From a bacterium (GTDB lineage Bacteria; Margulisbacteria; Marinamargulisbacteria; SXXA01; JAHFDB01): a stretch of DNA of 64,000 nt. The notes under the pieces were generated by a model that saw only the letters and a list, made by a program, of their open reading frames with translations, ran no database searches and was not told the DNA's origin. The position numbers and the translations under genes were made by a program. Positions 63,764 through 64,000 of this stretch are shown in pieces. The DNA is taken from positions 13,911 through 77,910 of the forward strand of contig JAHFDB010000002.1 in the NCBI GenBank assembly GCA_023249195.1, read 5' to 3'. Position 1 is the stretch's first letter, and every line of letters starts with the position of its first letter.

Positions 63764-64000
63764 TCACAATTGAGTTTCAAATACCTTCTTTCTTTGTATA
63801 ATATCAAAAATTAATAGATGGCTATCCTCTGTTAGAATGGCTACTTTATGAGGTGCGATGACATCCCAAGTCATAAACGGTGAAGTCTCTTTAAATTTAA
63901 CTGATGGAATACCATTTGCAAAAATATGATAACTAAACTTCTTTTGTACGTAATCCGATTTAATCATACCTATAGAGTATATTTTATGCTCACACCTAGA
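63764..64000 (-). CDS. 3' part of a paralog of the 60902..61957 secreted protein (runs off the window)
   Basis: ...FSYHIFANGIPSV...LLIFDIIQRKKVFETQL versus ...FSYQIFENGKPLL...VLIFDILKQKCVFEIQL. The frame stays open to position 64000. Confidence 0.55.
   Translation of the reverse strand, partial: SRCEHKIYSIGMIKSDYVQKKFSYHIFANGIPSVKFKETSPFMTWDVIAPHKVAILTEDSHLLIFDIIQRKKVFETQL

Overview
The window is a dense, low-GC (about 38-40% by eye) bacterial chromosomal segment, almost entirely protein-coding, with no rRNA genes, CRISPR array or obvious mobile element. From about position 29288 down to 84, more than 45 genes lie co-directionally on the minus strand. They comprise metK, cinA(C-terminal)-recA, rny-ymdB, an unusual REC-REC-HisKA protein, lptB-lptF/G, thiC and a contiguous str-S10-spc-alpha ribosomal super-operon (rpsL-rpsG-fusA-tuf-rpsJ ... 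secY-adk-map-infA-rpmJ-rpsM-rpsK-rpsD-rpoA-rplQ-truA). rpmJ (L36) was not in the ORF track and was found by manual translation. uL29 (rpmC) and uL30 (rpmD) have no room in their canonical slots, and S14 is the short zinc-binding Z type. The rest of the window (30-64 kb) contains tRNA-Lys(CUU), an orphan flagellar rod/hook-family gene, hpf, a uridyltransferase-only glmU-like gene translationally coupled to a GGDEF gene and a MidA-like methyltransferase/TPR gene, recJ, a GT-C glycosyltransferase, a tail-less SSB, pepP, bioB, typA/bipA, lexA, wecA/tagO-like, recO-like, a sigma-54 enhancer-binding protein without a receiver domain, a type IV pilin-like gene, TerC, a metal ABC transporter with a ROK kinase, a metF-like gene, dnaE, and at the 3' end a tandem set of paralogous secreted proteins interleaved with degenerate or frameshifted M23-peptidase fragments. 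Lpt genes indicate a diderm organism. The genome looks compact: six convergent gene pairs overlap at their 3' ends, and TTG/GTG starts recur. The lineage cannot be assigned with confidence from sequence alone.
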